A stretch of DNA of 5,865 nt, taken from positions 1 to 5,865 of the forward strand of contig NW_021829838.1 of the NCBI RefSeq assembly GCF_006345805.1, in the 5' to 3' direction. Below the pieces are notes generated by a model. It searched no databases. It saw nothing but the letters and a program-made list of their open reading frames with translations, and was not told the DNA's origin. Origin of the DNA: Octopus sinensis. Lineage: Eukaryota. Below are positions 1 through 5,128 of this stretch, in pieces; positions within the stretch are counted from its first letter, which is position 1, and each line of letters opens with the position of its first letter. Both the position numbers and the translations under genes were made by a program.

Positions 1-367
1 GTCGGTTACGACGACGAGGGTTCCGGTTGATCCGATCAACGGAACAGCCTGCTCGTGAAATTAACGTGTAAGTGGCTGAGCACTCCACAGACACCTTACC
101 TTAACGTAGTTCTCGGGGATATTCAGCGTGAACCAGAGAGTGACAAGGCCGGCCCTTTGAAATACAGGTACAACAGAAACAGGAAGTAAGAGTGAGAGAA
201 AGTTGTGGTGAAAGAGTACAGCAGGGATCACCACCATCCCTGCCGGAGCCTCGTGGAGCTTTAGGTGTTTTCGCTCAATAAAACACTCACACGCCCGGTC
301 TGGGAATCGAACCGAGATCTTACGACCGCGAGTCCGACTGCCCTAACCACTGGGCCATTGCGCCTCC
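1..367 (-). mobile_element. tRNA-derived SINE, family A copy 1 (A1); 3' end runs off the left edge of the window
   Basis: The minus strand starts GGAGGCGCAATGGCCCAGTGGTTAGGGC, with a Pol III A box TGGCCCAGTGG (347-357) and B box GGTTCGATTCC (303-313). Bases 174-367 align with the + strand copy at 1640-1833, and ~50-168 align with 1215-1335. No ORF. It resembles octopus tRNA-derived SINEs (OK/OR-type families); exact family not assigned. Confidence 0.9.
303..357 (-). promoter_or_regulatory. Intact-looking internal RNA Pol III type-2 promoter (A box + B box) in the head of SINE A1
   Basis: A box TGGCCCAGTGG fits TRGCNNAGYGG and B box GGTTCGATTCC fits GGTTCGANNCC, with tRNA-like spacing. Activity cannot be shown from sequence. 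Confidence 0.7.
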
Positions 368-610
368 CCCTCTGCAATAGTAAAAGTTATACTAACAAAG
401 AAGTAACCTCTGCATGTCGTTCGAACTGTTAGAAATAGCAACTATATCCTTCTCAATCGTGTTCTATTCTTTTTAAATGAAGAAACGAAACTCGAACAAT
501 CTGACTCTTACAGGTTGAAATATTTCAGGGAAATCGTGGTTGAAAAGCCTTTGGCCGTAAGAAACTAAACACTGACTGATGTAACCATACATATAGCTAA
601 GAAAAATTCA

Positions 611-640
611 GGATAGTCATGGCTGGAATGCCCTATGACC
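611..640 (-). mobile_element. Possible short, 5'-truncated 3'-end fragment related to the tail of the 1141-1514 element
   Basis: Minus strand GGTCATAGGGCATTCCAGCCATGACTATCC aligns by eye with GATCAAAGACGTTCCACTGACGACCATCC at the end of the 1141-1514 element (about two thirds identity over 30 bp). Confidence 0.35.
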
Positions 641-712
641 CTGTTTACCGCTAAAGATATTTCGAAATTGTTATGGCTATAATACCTTTGCGTTTGATTA
701 TTTTAAAAATTG

Positions 713-1082
713 TAATATTCTTCTGTACTCTAGGCACAAGGTCCGAAATTTGGGGGAAGGGAGCCAGTCGATTTGATCGAACCCAGTACGCAACTGGTAC
801 TTAATTTATCGACCCCTTGAGCGTATATGAACTCAGAATGTAAAAGCAGACGAAATACCTATTTCTTTACTACCCACAAGGGGCTAAACAGAGGGGACAA
901 ACAATGGCAGACAAATGGATTAAGTCGATTATATCGACCCCAGTGCGTAACGGGTACTTATTTAATCGACCCGAAAGGATGAAGGCAAAGTCGACCTGCG
1001 GAATTTGAACTCAAAACGTAGCGGCAGACGAAATCCGCTAAGCATTTCGCCGGCGTGCTAACGTTTCTGCCAGCTCGCCGCC
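713..1082 (-). mobile_element. tRNA-derived SINE, family B copy 1 (B1): head + unit U (1036-860) + internally deleted terminal unit U' (859-713)
   Basis: The minus strand starts GGCGGCGAGCTGGCAGAAACGTTAGCACGCC and is collinear with 3297-3704 and 4373-4775. It ends CTTGTGCCTAGAGTACAGAAGAATATTA, like the end of the 4373-4775 copy. B-box-like GAGTTCAAATTCC is present. Confidence 0.92.
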
Positions 1083-1140
1083 TTTGAAAGAAAAAGGTAA
1101 TATTGAATAACATGACACTACATACAGTTAAAATATTATC

Positions 1141-1514
1141 GGGATGGTCGTCAGTGGAACGTCTTTGATCAGGATTGACTTAGTGCTAAGAAACAGTAAA
1201 TGGATTTCCCATTAGCTCACCGAACTGGAATGAGAATGGTTGAATATTCCAGTTACATGCTTCGTTAACGTAATCTTCAGTCAAGTTTAGCATGACACAG
1301 TTTGTGACAAGGCTGCTGGACCTTTGAATTACAAGAACAAACCCCATTCCATGGGCTTCCACAGAGTTTCTATCAACTGAGATTCACTCACAAGGCCTGA
1401 TTCGAGCGGATATTAGAGTAAAAGACACGCGTCCGAGATGCCTCGCAGTGAGATCGAACTCAGGACTTCGTCATTTCAAAGCGAATTTTCTAACCAATTG
1501 ACCATGATGTGTCC
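1141..1514 (-). mobile_element. Old, diverged tRNA-derived SINE (D): C-type head/CORE-like 5' half joined to an A1-type domain and a distinct tail
   Basis: Minus strand has A-box-like TGGTCAATTGG (1494-1504) and B-box-like GAGTTCGATCT (1451-1461). Then CACTGCGAGGCATCTCGGACGCGTGTCTTTTACT...GCCTTGTGAGTGAAT...GATAGAAACT...GAAGCCC matches 2541-2636. Then CTTGTAATTCAAAGG...GCCTTGTCAC...TACGTTAA matches A1 at 100-168. Confidence 0.75.
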
Positions 1515-1550
1515 ACAACGATAGCAGTAAGGAACAGCGACAACATCTGT

Positions 1551-1639
1551 TATAACGCCACAGCCAAAACTATAACAATATCTATAGCGGCGACTATAAG
1601 AACCACTACCACCATCACAACAGCAACAACGACAGTAGT
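1551..1639 (+). repeat. Degenerate A-rich trinucleotide (CAA/TAA/CCA) tract
   Basis: AACTATAACAAT...CCACTACCACCATCACAACAGCAACAACGACAGTAGT. Confidence 0.6.
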
Positions 1640-2116
1640 GGAGGCGCAATGGCCCAGTGGTTAGGGCAGCGGACTCGCGGTCGTAAGAACGCTGTTTCGA
1701 TTCCCAGACCGGGCACCGTGAGTGTTTATTGAGCAAAAACACCTAAGCCCCACGAGGCTCCGGCGGAGAGGGGTGGTGAACCCCGCTGTGCTCTTTCGCC
1801 ACAACTTCCTCTCACTCTTTCTTCCTACTTCTGCCACAAAGCAGAGGAACCATGGTGTAACCCACTATGGTGTGGTAAACTTTCCGGCCCTAGTCTAGAT
1901 TGCGAATCCTCCGTACCCCAGGATGGTTCAGCTCTCCACCCGTTAAAAGCCACCGTTTACGGAATGAGGATAACAACGTAGCTTTCGCGCCCGTGTAACC
2001 GCTAGTCTATCGCGTGTGGTGGGTGGATCTTCAAATTACCACACACATTCTTGGTAGCTTAGAGTAGGCTCGAATTAGAGACTATTCTTTGTGGTTAATG
2101 GCGTGAGTCCTGATTG
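1640..2116 (+). mobile_element. tRNA-derived SINE, family A copy 2 (A2). 1640-1833 is homologous to A1; 1834-2116 is a different putative 3' half ending in a (GAA)n tail
   Basis: Starts GGAGGCGCAATGGCCCAGTGG (A box 1650-1660; B box variant GTTTCGATTCC 1694-1704). It aligns with A1 for 194 bp and then diverges. The complex 1834-2116 sequence runs directly into (GAA)n. The 5' part is firm; inclusion of 1834-2116 is inference. Confidence 0.7.
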
Positions 2117-2235
2117 GAAGAAGAAGAAGAAGAAGAAGAAGAAGAAGAGGAGGAGGAGGAGGAGGAAGAAGGAAAAGAAGGAAAAGAAGGAAAAGAAGAA
2201 GAAAAAGGAAAAGAAGAAGAAGAAGAAGAAGAAGA
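2116..2235 (+). repeat. 120-nt pure-purine compound microsatellite: (GAA)n-(GAG)n-(GGAAAAGAA)3-(GAA)n
   Basis: No C or T on the + strand from 2116 to 2235. Confidence 0.97.
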
Positions 2236-2470
2236 CAACAGTAACAATAACAAAAGCAGAAACTACCAACTACAACAACTACGATGTTTACAATAACAAC
2301 AACAATATTAAATCGCTACGACCACAACAGCAACAGTAGAACAACAACAATGCAACAAGATTTACAGCAATATTTAACCACCAAAACAACAGCGACTGAA
2401 GGAATTACAAATGCTATAGTAACAACAATAACAGCAACAAATGCGATAACAACGTGAACAATGTAAGCAA
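2236..2470 (+). repeat. Degenerate (CAA/TAA/CAG)n tract
   Basis: CAACAGTAACAATAACAA...CAACAACAGCAACAGTAGAACAACAACAA...AACAACAATAACAGCAACAA. Confidence 0.85.
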
Positions 2471-2498
2471 AACAGGAAAAAGAACAGCAGGAAAAAAA

Positions 2499-2954
2499 GG
2501 TGCAGGAGTGGCTGTGTGGTAAGGTTCCAGGTTCAGTCCCACTGCGTGGCACCTTGGGCAAGTGTCTTCTACTATAACCTCGGGCCGACCAAAGCTTTGA
2601 GAGTGGATTTCGTAGACGGAAACTGAAAGAAGCCCGTCGTGTATATGTATATATATATATGTATGTGTGCATGTATGTATGTATGTATGTATGTATGTAT
2701 GCATGTATGTATGTATGTATGTATGTATGTATGTGTATATGTTTGTGCGCTTGTGTTTGTCCCCCCAACATCGCTTGACAACCGTGGCTGGTGTGTTTAC
2801 GTCCCCGTAACCTAGCGGTTCGACAAAAGAGACCGATAGAATAAGTACTAGGCTTTACATAAGTCCTGAGGTTGTTTTGATTCGACTAAAGGCGCTGCTC
2901 CAGCGTGGCCTCAATCAAATGACTGAAACAAGTAAAAGAGTAAAAAAGTAAAGA
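2499..2954 (+). mobile_element. tRNA-derived CORE-like SINE, family C copy 1 (C1), with internal microsatellite and (AGTAAAAG)-type tail
   Basis: A box TGGCTGTGTGG (2509-2519) and B box GGTTCAGTCCC (2530-2540). ACCTTGGGCAAGT (2551-2563) matches the start of the CORE domain of MIR-type SINEs as I recall it. Homologous to 5129-5384 on both sides of the microsatellite. The tail is three degenerate 8-mers, AGTAAAAG/AGTAAAAA/AGTAAAGA (2931-2954). Confidence 0.88.
2641..2750 (+). repeat. (TA)n/(TATG)n microsatellite inside SINE C1
   Basis: GTATATGTATATATATATATGTATG...(TATG)n...TATGTGTATATG. Confidence 0.97.
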
Positions 2955-3000
2955 ATACTAAAACAACAAAATGGACATTAAAAAACTGGGACGTTCATTG

Positions 3001-3151
3001 CAATATCTGTAGCCGCAACAGCAGCATCAATAGCAACACAAAACAATTGAATAATGAGACACAAGCAATAGCAACAACAGGAATAGTCGCAAAGGCAGCG
3101 GCAACAACAGCAACAAAGATAATGGCTGCAACATAAATAATAGCAACGAGA
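3001..3151 (+). repeat. Degenerate (CAA/TAG/CAG)n tract
   Basis: GCAACAGCAGCATCAATAGCAACAC...GCAATAGCAACAACAG...GGCAACAACAGCAACAAAG. Confidence 0.75.
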
Positions 3152-3278
3152 AAGACACTAGCAATAATGAAAACGCTAGCAACTGCGAAATCACAAGCAG
3201 TAACGAAGGCTCTAGCAACAATGAAGATACTAGCAGTGATTAAAGTGGAAGCAACAACAAAGGCGTTAGCAACAACAA

Positions 3279-3720
3279 ATACACTTGCGACCAAAAGTCG
3301 GCGAGCTGGTAGAATCGTTAGAGCGCCGGGCGAAATGCTTAGCGGTATTTCGTCTGTCGTTACGTTCTGAGTTCAAATTCCGCCGAGGTCGACTTTCATC
3401 TTTCAGGGTCGATAAATTAAGTACCAGTTACGCACTGGGGTCGACGTAATCGACTTAATCCCTTTGTCTGTCCTTGTTTGTCCTCTCTGTGTTTAGCCCC
3501 TTGTGGGTAGTAAAGAAATAGGTATTTCGTCTGTCGTTACATTCTGAGTTCAAATTCCACCGAGGTCGACTTTGCCTTTCATCCTTTCGGGGTCCATAAA
3601 TAAAGTACCAGTTTCGCACTGGGGTCGATGTAATCGACTTAATCTCTTTGTCTGTCCTTGCTTGTCCCCTCTATGTTTAGCCCCTTGTAGGTAGTAAAGA
3701 AATATATACACTTGCGACCA
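3279..3720 (+). repeat. Perfect 15-bp target-site duplication ATACACTTGCGACCA (3279-3293 and 3706-3720) flanking SINE B2
   Basis: Identical 15-mers occur on both sides of the element. Removing the insert restores an exact 18-bp monomer, AATACACTTGCGACCACG. Confidence 0.92.
3297..3704 (+). mobile_element. tRNA-derived SINE, family B copy 2 (B2): head + unit U (3344-3520) + unit U (3521-3704)
   Basis: A-box-like TGGTAGAATCG (3307-3317) and B-box-like GAGTTCAAATTCC (3369-3381, repeated in unit 2). The two tandem units (177 and 184 bp) each start GGTATTTCGTCT and end GTAGTAAAGAAATA. Flanked by a 15-bp TSD. GAGGTCGACTTTGCCTTTCATCCTTTCGGGGTCGATAAATTAAGTACCAG resembles the conserved central domain I recall from Sauria/Meta-type SINEs (unverified). 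Confidence 0.95.
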
Positions 3721-4041
3721 CGAAGGCAAAAGTTATAAGGGTGCCGTTAGCAACAATAAAGACACTAGCAACAACGAAAACACCAGCGGTCACGAAGTTT
3801 CTAGCAGCAATGAAGATACTAGCAATGATTAAGGTGGAGGCAACAACAAAGGCGTTAGCAACAACAAATATAACTAGGGACCACGAAGGCAAAAGTTATA
3901 AGGGTGGCGATAGCAATAATAAAGATACTAGCAACAACCAAAGCACTAGCAGTAACGGAGGCTCTAGCAACAATGAAGATACTAGCAATGATTAAGGCGG
4001 AAGCAACAACAAAAGTTATAAGGGTGGCGATAGCAACAACA

Positions 4042-4360
4042 TAAACAATGACAGCAAGGAAGGACAATGGCAACAACGAAGTTAATTGCACCAACAAAGA
4101 CAACATTGGTGGTATCATCAGCAACCACGAAAATAGCAACAGCATAGATATGAGTAATGATAATGGAAATTTTAAAATATAGTAACAATGGTGACTGCAA
4201 TGGAAAGATCAACGGAAAAAAAAATAGCAACGCCAATAATTATAGCAACAGTAATAACAACAACAATATTAATAGCAACAACAAAGACAACACCGACAGT
4301 AGAGACAATAGTGATAATAAATACTTCTGCAACAACAACCGCGAAACCGTAACAATATTA
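4042..4360 (+). repeat. Degenerate (CAA/TAA/TAG)n tract, with residual 18-bp periodicity to ~4140
   Basis: GGCAACAACGAAGTTAATTGCACCAACAAAGACAAC...ATAGCAACAGTAATAACAACAACAATATTAATAGCAACAACAAAGACAAC. Confidence 0.75.
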
Positions 4361-4372
4361 GTGGCATTATAA

Positions 4373-4775
4373 GGCGGCGAGCTGGCAGAAACGTTAGCAC
4401 GCCGGGCGATATGCGTAGCCGTATTTCGTCTACCGTTACATTCTGAGTTCAAATTCCGCCGAGGTCGACTTTGCCTTTCATCCTTTCGGGGTACATAAAT
4501 TAAGTAACTGTTTCGTACTGGGGTCGATCTAATCGACTTAATCCCTTTGTCTGTCCTTGTTTGTACTCTCTGTGTTTAGCCCCTTGTGGGTAGTAAAGAA
4601 ATAGATATTTCGTCTACCGTTACGTTCTGAGTTCAAATTCCGCCAAGGTCGACCTTTCCTTTCATCCTTTCGGGGTACATAAATTAAGTAGCTGTTTCGT
4701 ACTGGGGTCGATCTAATCGACTGGCCTCCCCCTCAAAAATTTCGGGCCTTGTGCCGAGAGTAGAAAAGAATATTA
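4373..4775 (+). mobile_element. tRNA-derived SINE, family B copy 3 (B3): head + unit U (4420-4603) + terminal unit U' (4604-4775)
   Basis: Starts GGCGGCGAGCTGGCAGAAACGTTAGCACGCC. The second unit follows U up to ATCGACT (4722) and then switches to GGCCTCCCCCTCAAAAATTTCGGGCCTTGTGCCGAGAGTAGAAAAGAATATTA. AATATTAGTGG flanks both ends (4354-4364 and 4769-4779). Confidence 0.95.
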
Positions 4776-4809
4776 GTGGAGTTAAATAAAATAGTGTGTC
4801 AGTCGTTAA

Positions 4810-5125
4810 ATGAAATAGCAACAATGTTGACAATAGCCACAATATTAACACAAACAGTGGAAATAGCAACAAGGTAGACAATGACAAACAACAATATTAA
4901 CAGTATTAAATAAAATAGCAACATAGCAACATTGACAATAGATACAACAGCATTAGATAAAACAGTGACAATAGCAACAGGAAATTCAATAGCAGTAACA
5001 ACTACAATAGCAATGGGGGGGCAGATAGCAACAGTAACAATAGCAACGATAATCACCTCGACAAGAATAGTGATTAAGGCAAGGATAATAAATGTTAGCA
5101 ACGACAAATGCAATAGCAACAATAA
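4810..5125 (+). repeat. Degenerate (CAA/TAG/TAA)n tract with loose ~50-bp units starting AAATAGCAAC
   Basis: AAATAGCAAC recurs at 4813, 4861 and 4913; CAATATTAAC occurs in the first two units and TTGACAAT in the first and third. Confidence 0.75.
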
Positions 5126-5128
5126 ACC

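Larger units (their letters stand above)
3152..4041 (+). repeat. 18-bp minisatellite (consensus about AAGRYNCTAGCAACAAYN) with a higher-order repeat in three copies, interrupted by SINE B2
   Basis: It parses into consecutive 18-mers from 3152 (AAGACACTAGCAATAATG, AAAACGCTAGCAACTGCG, AAATCACAAGCAGTAACG, AAGGCTCTAGCAACAATG, AAGATACTAGCAGTGATT...). Higher-order units are 3152-3758 (180 bp after removing the SINE and one TSD), 3759-3921 (163 bp) and 3922-4041 (120 bp, with a 42-bp deletion). Confidence 0.88.

Noticed and set aside
221-243. Apparent compensatory change in the family-A hairpin (GCAGGGAT/ATCCCTGC in A1 vs GCGG/CCGC at 1763-1786 in A2)
   Set aside because: Both changes are CG-to-CA/TG transitions explainable by CpG decay, and other stem positions in A2 are broken.
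290-367. tRNA gene calls for the SINE heads (also 1640-1712, 2499-2545, 3297-3385, 4373-4460)
   Set aside because: A and B boxes are present, but I could not build a complete cloverleaf with acceptor stem and clear anticodon, and each head continues into a shared SINE body.
368-712. Unique AT-rich segment as a possible exon or promoter
   Set aside because: No ORF in the track and no motif I can support apart from the possible 611-640 fragment.
1476-1742. 88-aa Cys-rich minus-strand ORF
   Set aside because: It spans the antisense of the A2 head, a CAA tract and the head of D, so it is a composite of repeats.
2075-2339. Poly-Lys/Arg, poly-Glu and poly-Phe ORFs
   Set aside because: They are different frames of the same purine microsatellite, with no complex coding sequence.
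2316-2781. 151-, 96- and 69-aa minus-strand ORFs (HTYI/YIHT repeats)
   Set aside because: They are translations of the (TATG)n tract and SINE C1.
3167-3995. Plus-strand ORFs 3167-3370 and 3741-3995 as current genes
   Set aside because: The first runs into SINE B2 and the second shifts frame mid-repeat. There is no splice or expression evidence, so they are kept only as a weak decayed-exon hypothesis.
4111-4125. CTGATGA hammerhead-core motif (minus strand here; also plus strand at ~5594)
   Set aside because: No downstream GAAA or flanking helices are visible, and both occurrences arise from trinucleotide repeats.
2995-4452. Hydrophobic V/A/I/L-rich minus-strand ORFs resembling membrane proteins
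   Set aside because: They are the antisense reading of CAA/TAG tracts and the 18-bp repeat; GTT/GCT/ATT codons give this composition automatically.
3344-4722. CRISPR-like or bacterial repeat array from the recurring ~184-bp units with palindromes
   Set aside because: The units are long internal SINE duplications without unique spacers, there are no cas genes, and the context is eukaryotic.
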